Notes: generated by a model from the letters alone, not told the origin. DNA of 61,106 bases, filler included, from Basidiobolus meristosporus CBS 931.73 (GCA_002104905.1; 5 parts of 5 records of this genome joined end to end with filler, not necessarily neighbours in it), one strand, 5' to 3'; positions 12,616 to 27,290 are shown, numbered from the whole stretch's first letter. A program made the numbers and translations.

Positions 12616-14463
12616 ATAAGGAATCCACCACCATTGAGGTAAAACATGTTCACACTCCGGATATATTCCGGTCATACCCACTCTGAGGAAGCTGATGCAG
12701 TCCAACAAATATTGCAAAGCTATACAGTACCGCACTCAGTATCAATCAGGTGCAAACATATCCAATATATTTGATAGCAAACATTACAAACAGCTAAGAA
12801 GCAAGGGCTACTTTGAAGGTATGTATGACCATGCCTTTGCTTTAGCACTTGATGGATTCTTGTAAACAAGTACTCTACCAGCAAATCCTGCTGGCCACTG
12901 ATTCTCATCAATTTCAATCTGCCACCCATCTTATGGTATCAGAGCAATAATCTGATGGTAGTCTCACTGGTACCTGGACCTAAATCACCGTCCAACCTGG
13001 ATAGCTACCTGTATCCATTGCTGGATGAATTTTGTATACTTTCCAGCAGGATAATGGTAAATGGCTGTCATGTAAAAGCGCATATTATTATCTGCATTGG
13101 AGATACCCCAGCCATCAGCAAGATAGCAGGTTTTTCCAGGCACAATGGACGGTATTGCTGTCAAATGTGTAAGATCCAGGAGATATACACCAGCACTAAG
13201 AACATCATCTTTCCACAGAGAGAACATACAGAAGTAAGCATGCAATCGCAGCAAATTTGGCAAGCTATAAGCTATTGGCAGGAATATGGAATCAATTGGA
13301 AACCAGAGATACTTAAGATAGAGGGTATCTGTTGGAGCAAAAGCTTTCTACTGGGAGCAATATATTTGCCTTTCAACAATATCCCTATACTGATGACCAA
13401 GTTGTACATGGGGCATTTCAAGCTAAATGCTCCCTTCAAGATACTGGTGAAATTTGAAAATATTGGCAAGATATTACATAGTATCCGCTACCCTAAGTAC
13501 TTCTCACAGGCTCCAATTAATACTCATATGCATATGCAACAATACAAATGCACAGACTGGATGAACTGGATATGTATAAATTCAAGTGGTGTTCTGAAGC
13601 CATTCCTACCAAGAGTACATTGGAAGCATTGGGAGTCATATGTGGACATTGTAGGATATTTATCCAGAAGCAGATCACCAATGCCAACTGGATGCATCTA
13701 CAGCTGTTGTGTGAGGAGTTTGTGATTGGATTTGAGCGGCTATACTACAAACATAAAGCTGAATGTGTAGATCTCTGCTGCTACTGTATCCATTCTCTAC
13801 TCCATCTTGCACAGTGTGTGGAGAATATTGGGCCTTGCTTCACCTTTTGGGAGTTTCCTATGGAGCACATGTGTGGGGAGACAGCAGGACAAGTCAAGTT
13901 GCAGGTACTACCATATCCAAATCTTGTCAAGAATATTACCTTCAAGTCCATCATGGATGTGATGAGTTGGCACATGAAGGACAGCCAGAAAGAGTTCAAA
14001 AATACTGAGGACAAATGTGCACATGGAGACACCTATGCCCATGGCATTAAGAAGCTAAGCAGCCCCAATGCATGGGTAATCAGTTGAGTAATGCAAAGTT
14101 GGGTTGGGTGCAACAAGCAACTAATTTTTATCAGGAAAACTCCACCAAGATATGCTGAATATCTTGTGGTCACAAGCCAACTTCTACACCATTCAATACC
14201 AAATTCACACAAACAAAAGCCAGAGCACATCTATAAGGGGGGCTAGAATCCAGCAGGGAGAAGGAATATATTGGCTAAATACCAAGAAGTTCTTTGCCAA
14301 TATTCAGGTAGTATTCATGGCAGAAGTGGCAACAACCAAGCATATGTTTGCAAGATGTATTTGCTACCAGCAGTACTAGGTATATGGCAACTTTGCAAGT
14401 ATCACACTAAAAAGCCGTAAAGTTGAGGTAATAGAAGTATGTCAATAGCAGCGGTGTGCACGT
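12616..14463 (+). mobile_element. CACTA/EnSpm Tnp2-family transposase (Transposase_21/DUF4218-like), decayed, copy 2
   Basis: Motifs ALALDGF...WPLILINFNLPP...VPGPKSPSNLDSYLYPLLDEF, GDTPAISKIAGFSRHNGRYCCQMC and HSLLHLAQCVENIGPCFTFWEFPMEHMCG. Frameshifts present; interrupted at 14464 by an LTR. Confidence 0.85.
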
Positions 14464-15533
14464 TGTGGTGGTGTATAGGTCCAAGGGAGAGATACGTCCA
14501 ACACTTCTCAAGTGTTTTGTGTGTGGGGTGTTCACTGGGTGCGATAACCTCTGGCAAAAGCTTGCTAGGAATACTTGGGTTCTGTCTCTAATCTAATGTG
14601 AAGGGGAATAAAGCCACAAGCTTGTCAAGGGAAAACTATTGAGCTACAATCCCCAACTTAGTTGGCGTCTTAACAAAAGTATGTGCTGGGTTCAGCGTCC
14701 TTTGAGATGACAATGTACTAAAGCTTCCAAAGTCAAAACAACTGTAAACTCCACCAGCAGGGACTTGATAAGAATGCAGCTTTGGTCAATAGTTACAAAG
14801 ACAGAAAAGTATCTTTGCCTGTACAAGAACAAACTTGGGAAAGAATCAAATATAATAAAAGATACCTACTCTGAGTATTCCTCACAAGTAGTGCCTCCAA
14901 GGTCAGTTGGCTGTCAGCGCGGTTTCCTGGGAGTGTCCTGTGGTCTAGGGTTGGAAGTTCAGGTAGCAGCAGGTAGCAGTGATCACACTAATCAACAAGT
15001 CGGTATATTGATAAAAGGGATGATGATTTATTGTTGAGGGATAGCCTCCCTTATATACTTTTCTTACTGGCTAAGTGATTACTAATCATGGTGTTCCAGA
15101 AGGTTCCGGATATCAATAGAAGTCTTAATGACATCAGAATGACCTAAGAATGTTCTAAGTAGGTGCCGGAAGGTTCTAAGAGGCACAGCACATCCAACCA
15201 ATCAGGAATCAGTATTCTGAAACCTGTGTAACATGGGGATACCATATATGGTATGGAAATGGTAGGGATGGTGACACGGGTTGATCATGTGTCACAGGTA
15301 CTGGCGCGGGTACTTGCCTAATATAGAAGCACTTGTAGCTAGTAATCTTACATAAAGTGAGGGGTAACTTATGCAATAAGGTAAGCAGGTGTGATAGTCA
15401 ACCGGCTTATGGGATAGTACTGATTGGGTAAGACAAATGGATAAAACTAAAATGAGTGTAGTAGGGATATAGGGAAGTAGAAAATAAGGGAATGAGCACA
15501 TCTGTCAGTGGGTGTCACTGTCACCCCACTACA
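14464..15533 (-). repeat. 3' LTR (1070 bp) of gypsy element G2
   Basis: On the minus strand, PPT GGGGGGTGGA is followed by TGTAGTGGGG...CACCACCACA. Related to the solo LTR at 25093-25894. Confidence 0.8.
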
Positions 15534-15572
15534 TCCACCCCCCTCTCAGCTTTGAACTTGGGTCAAAGCAAA

Positions 15573-17645
15573 CTAATCTTGATGTGCGAAATTCCTATGC
15601 TTGAATAACTTAAGTCGATTTCCAGCAACTGGTGCTCTCAACTGGGTGTTGTCAAGCTCAGATATGTAATAACTTCTATTTCCAATCACTTTGGAAATGA
15701 GGTAGGGGCCAGTCCATTTGTTGTCAAACTTCCGACTCCATTGCTTGTCCAAGGTAGAATCGTAGAGTAATACTGGGTCTCCTAGTGATAGTGGTTTTGG
15801 TCTTGTTGGGTGTGATTTGTCAAAGGGCACCTTGTTCTTTAGTCGTGTATCCTTAAGTTGTTCAGCAGCTCTGCTGATATTCAAGTCATGGTGATCAAGT
15901 TGCTGTATGCAAGTTGCAAGGAGGTCTTCAGTCTGCATATTGGATCTCCAATTCAATGAGTTCCAAGTGACTGTGTTTAACTCAACTGGTAGTATGCAGT
16001 CGTGTCCATAGAGTAGCTTGAATGGCGATAATCCAGTTGTTCTCTTGGTAGTAATTCTATCTGCCCAGAGTGCTAGATGTAATTGCTGTGGCCACAGTGT
16101 TGTGTTATTCTCACAGGTCTTGACGAGAGAGTTCACCAATGGTCCATGTCCTCTCTCTATCATTCCATTGGCTTGAGGGTGGTAAGCTGTTGTAAAAGCA
16201 ATGTGTATCTTGTACTTTGAGCACAACTCCTGGATCATTTGGGATGTCATCTCTCCTCTGTCAGCAACAAACTGTCGGATGCAGCCAAATCTGCAGATGA
16301 TGTCTTCAAGTATAAATCTCCATATGGTATGGCTCTTGTTGTTGGGCAAGGCTCGAGCCTCTGCCCATCCACTAAGGTCATCTCTAGCAACAATCAGGTA
16401 CTTTTTTGATCCAGCTGTTGGCATGTGGACAAGGTCAATACCAACCTTTTGCCATAGACAGATTGTGTAAGTAGGATGCAGTGGTTCTTCATAACGCTTG
16501 GAGGATCTCTTCTGGCAGGCTACACATGACTCAACAAAGTGTTGGATATCATAGTACATGTTTTCCCAGTAGTACCTCTGAGCTGTAGTATTGTATGTGG
16601 CTTCTCGTCCTCTATGTCCTCCTGGTTCTCCTTGGTGGATACTTGTCATGATGTTCAGTTGCTCTTGAGGGGTAGTGACTACTCTTCTTGGCATAAGACC
16701 AGGCTTCACTCGCTTAAAGAGAAGATCATCTTTAAGATAGTAGTGGTGTGCCTTCTTCCTGAGTTTTCTAAACTCCTGAATATCCATCCAACTAGGTTTC
16801 TTAAGTGTCCTTAGATATTCCTTGATCAGACTCCAGTTAGTTCTCTCTTGGTCTTTGATGGCAATCTGTCGGATCTCTGCATCAATAATATCTTCAAAGC
16901 AAGGGTCCAAGTCTTCAAATAATTGTGGTCCCTTCCTGGAGAGTGCATCAGCCACAACATTTGTCTTGCCAGGAATATGTCTGACCTCAAAGTCAAACAT
17001 TTTCAGCCATGCCATCCATCGGTTTGTGGCATCATCAGGTAGGTCAGGCTTGTTGATCATTCCTATAAGGGGCTTGGCATCTGTCTCCAGGATAAAATGT
17101 GTCATGTAGAGTTGTGACTTCAGTTTCCTCAGCATCTTCACAACTCCTAGTAGTTCTCTCTTAATCTGTGAGTATCTTTGCTCTCTAGGAGAGAACAGGC
17201 AGCTCTCATATCTGCAGGCATAGCGGTTGCCATCTTCATCATCTTGTCCAAGTAGTGCTCCAGCTCCTATAGGGCTTGCATCCACTGTCAAAATAGGTGG
17301 GCATTCAGTGTTTTGATAGTCAAGAGGTCTTAGAACTGGTGGAGATACTAAGGCCTCTTTCAGTAACTGCATGGCTTCTTCTTGCTCTTCTCCCCAGATA
17401 AATGGGCATTCTTTCTCTGTAGTTGGTAGATTGGTTCTGCTATCTCAGAAAATCTTGGGATCCAGATCCTAAAGAACCCACAAGCAGCCACAAAGCCACA
17501 AGCTTGTGTGAGATTTGTGGGGGTAGGCCAGTTGCATATCTTTTGTGTCTTGGAGTCTCCAGGTGAACGACCAAAGGTGTTGCATTTTTGTCCAACAATG
17601 GATATCTCTGATACACCAAAGCTGCTTTTCTCACCACTGATGGTG
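15573..17645 (-). mobile_element. Ty3/gypsy pol (end of RT, RNaseH, integrase; family G2), 5'-truncated by a contig linker
   Basis: Open 599-aa frame with TVDASPIGAG (RNaseH), the HHCC zinc finger (H...GHRG...C..CQ), GIDLVHM, DRGE, YHPQANGMIERGH and a GPY motif. No chromodomain. Confidence 0.93.
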
Positions 17646-17745
17646 NNNNNNNNNNNNNNNNNNNNNNNNNNNNNNNNNNNNNNNNNNNNTTAATTAATTA
17701 ANNNNNNNNNNNNNNNNNNNNNNNNNNNNNNNNNNNNNNNNNNNN
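17646..17745. other. Artificial contig linker N44-TTAATTAATTAA-N44 (also at 35898-35997, 46952-47051, 56817-56916)
   Basis: Four identical 100-bp blocks with an all-frame stop cassette. Confidence 0.98.
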
Positions 17746-20700
17746 GGACAACTTTGAGAATTTTCATGTTCTGGGTACCTGGTATTTTGGTAAAAATATT
17801 CCAAGTAAATCCCAACAAGGAATTTGGTCAGTGTTCCCTAGGATTTGAAGGTAATGATCTAAGTGGCTAAGTTAGGTGAGTACTTAGGTGGAATGACAAA
17901 CTTTTACAACACTCCCACTCAGCTAAATGTTCATACTGACTAGTCCTAATTTTGACCTGAGATATTCAAACTTGTCTCTAGCTAATGGTTTGGTCAATAT
18001 GTCTGCAATCATTTCATCTGAAGGACAGAGAACTAAGCTAACTAAGTTATTCTCTATAGCTTCATGTATGAAATGATGTCTAATTTCTATGTGCTTAGTT
18101 CTAGCATGAAAAGTTGGATTTCTACCCAATTGTATACATCCTTGATTATCTTAAAATAAAGTAATAGGCGTTTTTTGACATAGGCCTAAATCTGTAAAAA
18201 GCTTTCTTAACCACACTGCTTCTTTTGTAGCTTCACAGGCTGCCATATACTCTGCCTCTGTGGTGGAAAATGCTACAGATGGTTGCTTTCTTGAATTCCA
18301 TGAAATTGCTCCTTGACAGTAAAGAAAGGTGTATCCTGTGGTGGATCTACTGTCTTCTAAATTTTGTCCCCAATCAGCATCAGAGTATCCCACAAGATCC
18401 TGTTCTGAATCCTTATAAGTGTATCTTAAGCATATATCAGCAGTTCCTTGCAAATGTCTAAAATCTGCTCAACTGCTGCAATGTGATCAGATCCATGGTT
18501 TTGATTATGTAGGCCCACAACTTCCACTGAACATGGGATATCTGGACATATTCTAAGCATGATATACATCAGAATGCTGACCATAGATTAATAAGGAAAG
18601 TCAGGGCTTTCAGATGGCACCATGCTCTCTTGAATAGGTTGAGTGTTGACCAAGTAAAGGTTTGTCTCCATAGGGGTAGCTGCCAGTTTACAGACTTCCA
18701 TTTGATACTTCTTTAGTATATCTTAAATAAACTTAGATTGGCTTAGGGTGATAGTCTGAGTACTTCTGCCTATGGAGAACTTTATGCCTATGTGGTAACT
18801 GAGCTCTCCTAGAATGGACATCTTGAACTCCTTAGATAAGCTGGATTTAGTCTCTTCTAATGTTTTGAGGTTATTGCCAGCTACAATAAGATCATCTACA
18901 TATAGAGCTAATAGAGCTGAATTTGCTCTATCTGGCTTATAGTATATACTATAGTCAGCATTACTCCTTTTGAAACTCAAAGATTCCAAATAAGAGTTTA
19001 TTTTGCAATTCCAGGCTCTTGGCAATTGTTTGTGTCCATATAGAGACTTTTTAAGCTTGCAGACCAAATGGGGGTTATCTTGGTCAACAAACCCATCAGG
19101 CTAGTCCATATACATGTCCTCATCAAGTTCTTCATTTAACAATGCGGTTTTTACATCCATTTGATGAATAAAAAACTTCTATTTGGCTGCAATAGCCAAT
19201 ATTAATCTGATGGAGTTAAACTTGGCAACCGGTGCAAAGGTCTCAGTATAGTCAAGTTCTTTTGTCTGAGAGTATCCTTTGGCCACAAGTCTTGCTTTTT
19301 ATCTTTCAACTGTACCATCAGCCTTGTATATTGTCTTGAAGACCCATCTGCATCCAATTGGTTTTTGGTTGATAGGTAATTTGACTAAGTCCCAAGTTTG
19401 ATTTTCCATCAGGGCCTGATATTCCTCAGTCATTGCAGATCTCCAAAACTTTGTCCAAGGTCTATTTAGCACCTCATTTACAGTCTGGGGCTCATTAATA
19501 TGGACTGAATAGGCATAGGCTAAGTTTGTATCCTCATTGATATAGTAATTTGGGCTATTTCTTGTCTGGATGGATCTCTGGGCATTTGATACTAGAATGA
19601 TCACCTCTGGGATATCCCTGGGCCATGATTCAGGCTGAACCATGGTTGTAGAGTCCTCTGAGTGAAAGAATTTTATTGATTTGCTTAGATTCAATTCTGA
19701 CAATTAGTGGACTTGAGATCAAATTTATGTCATCATCTGATGAAATATTTGATAAAATTCAGGATTTTCATCAAACAACACATCCCTGGACTTAACTAGC
19801 TTCTTTGCTTTGGTATTGTAGTGTCTTTATCTCTTACTTTCATTGCAGTAACCCAAAAATATGCATTTTACACTTATTAGCTCAATCTTTGACTGATTTG
19901 CAGGCAGTTTCTTGGCATATGCTGTACACCCAAATATTCTTAGATGTTCTGCACTTGGTCTGTATCCATTCCATGCTTCAAATGGAGTAGAATCACAAAG
20001 TACTCTGTTATAACTCCTATTTTTAAGCTATACAGCTGTGGCAACTGATTCAGCCTAAAAATCATAGGATAATTTTTGATCATGGATCATGGAACTTGTC
20101 ATATCAATTATCAATCTGTTTGCATGTTCTGCTACTTCATTTTGCTGTTGGGAGTATGGTACAGTAGTCTCATGCTTTATCCCATGAATCTTGCACAAGT
20201 GGATGAAGAGTTTTGAGGTATATTTTCCATCATTGTCAGAGGGTGTTTTCTTGATTTTTCACCAGTTTTGCTCTCCACCATGACTATAAACTCCCTGTGA
20301 TTATAGCTACTAGCTTTCTCTCCATGCAATAGATCCATGTGTATTTTGTACAATTATCAATAACAGTAATTAAATACTTCATCTTGCCTGAGCATAAATT
20401 TTGCCTAGGTGCGCACAGATCTGAGTGAGCTAGATCCAATTTTTTCTTAGTTTAGATTTACCCAGAACTCTTGAATGGTTGTCTGGCTTCTTTCCCATAT
20501 ATTCAGGCCTCATAGTGCTCCAAATCAGCTGGGTATCAATTTTTACTCCAGAAATTAGCTGATCTTTGATCATTTTGCACAAATAATCAAAATTGATGTG
20601 TCCAAATCTCCTATACCAAAGCATTGGTGTTTCTTCTTTTAAGTTACATATATTGACCTCCAGATATGATGGAATATAAGTCAACTTATACAGATTCTGA

Positions 20701-22233
20701 TATCTGATACCCAAAGCAATATGAGCACCATTTTGATCAGTGATCCTGCATTCAGAATTGTCAAAGCTGGAACTGAGTCCTTCTACTGTGGCCTTGCTTA
20801 CAGATAGTAGGTTCTTGGCTAATTCTGGTACATGGAGTACTTCTTTAAAGGTCAGTGTATGGCTTCCTTTACTGCTTCTAAGGTTGACGTGGAGAGTTCC
20901 TTCTCCCACTTCATCAAGTTTTTATTTTCACCCATGAAAACCTTCTTAATTCAAATTTCTTGATATTGGGTAAAAAGTTCTTTTTGGTGTGTAAAGTGCT
21001 GAGATGCTCCAGAGTCAGTATACCACATCTGAGAATCCTTACTTGTGGTCAAATTTAGTGCAGATATCAATAGTCTATCTTCAGCTGTTGCAGCATTTCC
21101 ATATTTAAGCTTATTTTGCTGACTATCTCTCTTTATCTAGCTCTGGTCTGATGTGTGTCCTTTCTGTTTGCAGTAGTTGCAAAACAGGTTGCTATTGCCT
21201 TTGAAAGGTCTTGGGTATCTCCTTTGTTAGTTATCATTGCTTATCAAAGCATTCTCCTGTTCCTTCTTATTGGCACTTTATTTTCTTAATTCTATGTCCA
21301 GGAGCCTTGATATACATAATTTAGGGTCAAATCTTCAGTTCTGGACTCTAGGGCTGATACAAGGCCCTAAAGCCTATCTGTTGAGCTATTCAGGATGGTT
21401 ACTATCACATTCTCATCAGTGGCTGGTGCACCCACCAATTCCATCTCATTCACCAGCAGGGTAATTCTGTTAATTAGATTTTTCATTTCTTTTCCTGGCA
21501 GCATCTTTTTAGTAAAGAATTTTTGTCTAGGATACATTATCTTGGCAGTTGAACATGGCTGATAGGTGTCTTCTAATGCCTTCCAGGCATTCTTTGCTGT
21601 TTTTGCTCTAGAGCATTGAATTAGAAATTTTTCTTTAATATTAAGGCAAAAACAGTTAAAGGCACTTTGTTCTTTCTTCTGGTACTTTAAGGCTTCTTCT
21701 CCCACGTCTCTAGAAGGCACTTTTCTACCATGATAATATCCCAGAGTCCACTTTCTTATAGCAGCATCTTCATCTTCACCTTCCGCACTTGGTAGTTAGC
21801 TCCATCTAGCTTTTTGGCAGAGGGAAAAGTTCCAGTGATGGCAGTAGTAGATATTACAGGGAGTGACAGCTTGGAGCTTATAACCTGTGGTAAGAGCTTG
21901 GAGATATTCAAAGTGATTGGGAAACAAGTAAATACATGGTTTTCACTCAATGAATTATTGAATGTAAAAGTAGTATTTATACTTCTACATGCTCTTGACA
22001 TTACAAACACAAAGATTAGATTAAGGAAGGTCCCATGAGCATGTGTGCAAAGTTTGGAGCTGTTTGGATAACTTTGAGAATATTCATGTTCTGGGTACCT
22101 GGTATTTTGGTGAAAATATTCCAGGTAAATTCCAACAAGAAATTTGGTCAGTATTCCCTAGGATTTGAAGGTAATGATCCAAGTGACTATGTTAGGTGAA
22201 TATATAGGTAGAATTACATATTTTATTACAACA
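17746..22233 (-). mobile_element. Ty1/copia retrotransposon (family C1, copy A), near full length but decayed
   Basis: 5' LTR 21886-22233 (348 bp). PBS GGTTATAAGCTCC. Gag KLDGANYQVRKVKMKMLL; protease WYTDSGASQH; GAG-pre-integrase LWYRRFGH; RT CRWVFK, ALYVDDL; RNaseH YSDADWG, EAEY, KHI, ADILTK. PPT GAGTGGGAG. 3' LTR 17746-17911 is cut by the linker. Confidence 0.93.
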
Positions 22234-22899
22234 ACAACTTGGTGAAAATATTCCAAGTAAATCCTCACAAGATATTTGGTGAGGACAGAATGATAACCAC
22301 AGCACACAATCTATGTGACTACATTAGGGCAAACATTCAGGTGATAGCTTAATAATTACAATGTCTCCATTTAGCTAAATACTCATTAGTAATAAATACA
22401 TATTGAGAGTGTACAATTTGTAATAAAATATATAAAATTTAATCATGTTGCATACTGGACTAATATAGTATCCAACAGTATCTGCATTTGTGTTGAGCTT
22501 CATTGAGCATGCAGCTTGTGACTCTATATACATATTTACTCAATGTTGTAAAAATCTTTAATTCCACCTATGTATTCACCTAGCTTAGTCCCCTATGAAA
22601 AATAATTTGGTCCTGCGGGTGGATCTAATCCAGATCAGCCATCAGGATCCTGTTTGGAGACTGTCATAATACCAGCAGCTGGGAATTAGTGACCCTCCTA
22701 ACAATCTTATGATGGGATCATGTCAGCATTTAGCCAATTTTACCACCCAATAGAGTTCAAAAAACTTGACATGGTTTGATTGGTGTTGTAGCAATAATTG
22801 CATGGCATTGTTGCGGTCTTAATGCGCTTTACAACTATATTAAATGGATCTAAATGGCCAGTACATCCAATTGCCTTATATGGCTAGATAACTTGATGG

Positions 22900-23520
22900 T
22901 GTTTTGATGGTCTCTTTGCAAGTCTCCAATGCCATTAGCATGGCAGTATTGTGGCCTACAGCTAGTTCTGTACAATGCTACTATACCAATTTACCAAGTA
23001 GTATTTCCATTTTCTACCTCCCCTGGTGCATTTCATATATTCCACTGTAATATCACCTGTCTTTATTTGCTTACCCACTACTACCTTGTGTATTCCACAT
23101 ATATTTCAAATCAAAAAATATTATGGCCTCCTGCTTACTAACCTCTGCAAACAAGCATACCTGCAACAATTGACATACTTCTATTACCTCAACTTTACAG
23201 CTTTTTAGTGTGATATTAGCACAGTTGCTATATACCTTGCACTGCTGGTAACATATCCATCTTGCAAACATATGACTTGTGTGGCAAAACTCTGGCTGTG
23301 ATCCTTGTAAAACTTCCTATGCTGTCTGCATGCTTCATGGCTTAGAGGCTTGCTACAATAGCCACATGGTCTTTATTCTCTTCTCTTACAGTGTTGAATC
23401 AAAGTAGTCTTGTCCATGGGGCAAACAGTTTGACTTTTAACATTGTAATGCTATCATATCACTTTTTGGTCAATACTCAAGTGAATTTAAGACAGTCTTG
23501 TATTTGAGACATTGCACCTA
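22900..23520 (-). mobile_element. CACTA-type element 3' fragment, copy 3
   Basis: MFARWICYQQCKVYSNCANITLKSCKVEVIEVCQ (23071-23271) matches HMFARCICYQQY*VYGNFASITLKSRKVEVIEVCQ at ~14340-14445. Confidence 0.7.
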
Positions 23521-23782
23521 CATAAATGTAAGATTCAATGATGACCTGCCCATGTAGGCATTGTATGTAAAGTTGTGACACCACATACCCATGTATATGC
23601 AACGCTATATCCCCTTTGGCTTGACTCACTTCCATATATCTGCCCCCAAAAAATAAAGCAGACTTGCCTGGTTCTTAACCAAACCCCACCACTGACAGCA
23701 GCAGAAGAACAGTTGGACAACAGCTTGCTTTGACATTCAATGCAACAAGCAAGTCTGCATCCAAAAATGCCATGTTAACAGT

Positions 23783-26760
23783 GTGCCCACTGAAGGCAAT
23801 AATGTGGACTCCTCAGGCTCTCAGTCAAGTAGGCAATTGGGAACTTCTGCAGAGCCACAAGCTGACTGTTATGCGCAGGCAGATGAGAGTGTAGCAAACT
23901 CAGTACCTTCAGTTGAAGGCCAGCAAGTGGCTGTCATAACATCACCATCACCCATATTAGCCAGTATGTTGTTAGCTCATACCAAAGCATTAATGAGGCA
24001 ATTAGGTGCGGTGGGTGATAGGATAGATGCAATGGCACAGAGAACTCAGGAAATAGTCAAGAAACTGGATGAGCAGAAAAAAAATGTAGAGCAATCAATT
24101 TCCCTGGCAGAGAAAGTGGTATCTTTGCTGCAAAGAAGTAACTCAAGAAGCACAATGTCACAGCCAAGAATTGAGCCATTTCCCGGTGTAACAGCAGAGG
24201 AACACCATACAGTCTTTGAAGCACAACAATAGTGCTCAAAGACAAGGCCCACAGAAAAACCTATCATAGCATGGGATTGAGACAATGTGGTGCATATACC
24301 AAAGCCTAAAAATCAAAAGACATTGAAGACCTGTGAAGCCATTGAGTGCAATAATGAAGAGTGGGCTAATATTCAAGAGGCTGTAAGTAGTATAACATAT
24401 CATCACCTTAAGGCTGGCATACCATAGGACCATCAAGGACTCAAGGCCAAGCAGAATGTGCTTGACTTGTTCCATGAGCATTATCCTGGATTCAAACAGG
24501 CAAACAGATTTTGGGCCAGCATTGGTATGCTAAGAAAGTATCTCAAGAAGAGCAGAAACAATCCAATGCAGAAGAACAAGGGTGCCATGGCCAGAAGCCA
24601 GTGGCTTCCTCTAGAGCCTTTTACAAGCAGGGCCAAACCTCCAAACAGGCATCCATGAGACTTCAAGTAGCTGGAAGAGTGCCAATAAGGGACAAGCAGG
24701 TGGACACAGAAGCACCAGCACAACATTTATCAAGGAAACAGCATAATACCACTCAAGAAGCACTCAGTTAAAGTAGCAGTGGAGGACCTGACAGTGATAA
24801 AAGCCAGCCATTTTCTCAGGAGGCTGTCACAACTACAGCTAAGAGCTCAAAGTAAGTGGTAAAGAAACTTAAAGTTGCCAGGAGAGTGCCAATAAGGGAT
24901 AAGTAGGCCAAAACAGATGTATTGGAGCAGAATTTATCAAGGAGGAATGTAGTTCATTACAAGAAGCACTCAGACAAAGTAGCAATGAAAGACCTGGCAG
25001 TGATAAAGGAAAAGGTAAAAGGAAAAATGTCTACCCAAGCCTGAGCCAGGGAAGCATACAAGAAAAATGCAGTTCTTGCCAATTAATGCCATTGTGATAG
25101 GGTAAACATACCTCCCACAGTTAAGATTATTCATATAGCTATTATGATGCACTTGACCATATTTATCTTATCAGTATTATTTCATCCTTCTTTTGGCCTT
25201 GTTATTAGTGTTATTTCCATATGATGTTTACCCTCATCAGTTATTAGCATTAGTTATCCCAGACATTATTCAGCTTTGTGATTAGTGTATGTATCAACAC
25301 TAGACAAGTACATGTGTCAGTACCTGTTACACATGAGCCAAGTCTGTGTTACCATCCTGCCATCTCACTACTATATATGGTATCTCTATGTTGCACAGGT
25401 CTCAGACTACTGATCCTTGATTGGTCGGATGTGCTGTGCCTTTGAGAACCTTCCTGGACCTTCTTGGAGTATTTTAGCTCATGGTGATGTCATCAAAAAT
25501 ATTACTGATGCCTGGAATTTCCTAGAACCTTGTCATTGGTAATCACTTAGCATTCAGGAAAAGTATCTAAGGGAAGTCAGTCCCTCATCAATAAATCATC
25601 CCTTCTATCAGTAATACTTTCCCCTTATTGATTAGCAGCAGATCACTGCACCTACCTTTAACAGTTACACCTCAGATTTGCCATCAAGGAGCTTTTCAGG
25701 GTGGTTCACAAGACACACAGAGGCCTTTGGAGACACTTGCAGCATCTAGGAAGCTAGAGAAGCAGGAGCTTTTACCATAGTGACATATTGACAAAGACAC
25801 CAGCAGTTTAGATACAGAAGTTATTGCACCCATCAGACACCTCACACACCTTGAGTTGTATAGCTTCTCCCAGGAGTACCTCTACACCACTACACCATAA
25901 GAGCAGAACAGACTGAGTCCCATCATAGCTAAGAAGAATTACCAACAAGAAAACAGCTGTTTTGACAAGAGCTGGAAGTGCAGCCAGTTGAGCTACACTC
26001 CAGCAAGGTGGATCAGTTTACAGAGAAAGGCAATTTGTCTACCACAGCCTCCACATCCTCCATGATTGACAGAGTGGAGATCCCACCAACAAACAAGGCT
26101 ATAATGTGAAGAACACAAAAAACTATCACAATGCCTTCAGTGGCATTTTGGAACATAACTGAGCACACCAAGAGGTTGCAGCACTTTTTCAATAGCAATG
26201 CTCAAGAAAATGCACTTGAATATTGCAAGGTTTTATTGTAAAAACTGGCAGATGAGGTGCTAGAACTTGCAATGCTGGCTGAAGACCAGGACATGTGGGA
26301 ACTAGTGAATGAACAGTGTCATAAAGCCATTGGGTTCCCTCCAAAATTGTGGAAACAGAGCATCACAGCAGAAATACTTACTGAGTGGTGGACCTTAATG
26401 GAGTTACTTGCTGAGTTTGGGGTGAGGATTAATGTTAGTGTAGGGTATAAGGACTTGCAAAGGATAGTACAATTGGCAATTGAGCTACAACTGAAGTCTT
26501 GATGGAAATAAATCGATTTGTAAGCATGAAAAGTAAGAGAAATGGTTGAGTCAGGAAGTAAGGAGTGTGAGAAAGAGGCAATAGCCAATCAATGTACACA
26601 AACATAGAAGGTAATTGAGTGTCTGGGATAGGAAAGTGAGCAAATTGGTGAGGAACCTATCAAATGCCACATATATATTGTTGTGATGAAAATTTTTGAC
26701 CAAGTTTTTTGTGCAATCTGGGGTGCAATTATTTTTCAACAGTTTCTGCACAATGTCCTA
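23783..26760 (+). repeat. Repeat family X, longest copy (coiled-coil remnant ORF, ~205-bp tandem duplication, solo-LTR insertion)
   Basis: Remnant frames at 23783-24232 and 26257-26502. Duplicated block gagtgccaataaggga...aagaagcactcag at ~24675 and ~24885. Homologous to 1-1140, 4520-5900 and (inverted) 27740-28647. Confidence 0.55.
25093..25894 (+). repeat. Solo LTR related to the G2 LTR, with 4-bp TSD CCAT
   Basis: Ends are TGTGATAGGG...CACCACTACA, with CCAT at 25089-25092 and 25895-25898. The internal part matches the reverse complement of ~14990-15310. Confidence 0.75.
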
Positions 26761-26779
26761 ATGAGATCAGTACCTCTAA

Positions 26780-27290
26780 GTCATGAATACTCACCTAACT
26801 TGGTCACTTAGATCATTACCTACCAACTCTAGAGAATACTGACCAAATTACCTGTTGAGATTTACTTGGTATATTGACATCAAAACACTAGGTACCCAGA
26901 ACATGAAAATTCTCAAAGTTGTCCAAGTAGCCCCAAATCTTGCACACATGCACTTGAGACATTTCTAAACATGTCTTATGTGTTTGCTATGTCAAGACAA
27001 TATAAAGTATCAATCCCGCTATTACATTGAATAAATTGCTAGGTGAGAACAAAATAATCAACATGTTTTCCCAAGTGCTTCCAATACATCCAAGACTGTC
27101 ATAACAAGTTATGAGCCCTAAGGTGTCACTCTCTGCTTTGCCTATTACTGTTGTCAAAGGAATTTTTCCTCTGCTGAAAGGTTGAATTGATCTAACTGCC
27201 AAGTGTGGAAGGTGAAGAAGAAGATGCTTCTAAAAGAAAGAGGCCTTTGGGATATTGTCATGGGAGAAAAATGCCCTCCATTTAATGCCA
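26780..27290 (+). mobile_element. Copia C1 fragment (partial LTR, PBS, start of gag)
   Basis: LTR homologous to 54505-54853, ending ATAACA at 27106. PBS agttatgagccc. Gag start homologous to EKLDGSNYQVWK. Confidence 0.8.

Noticed and set aside
17690-17701. TTAATTAATTAA palindrome repeated four times
   Set aside because: Always centred in exactly 44+44 Ns; this is an artificial all-frame-stop contig linker.
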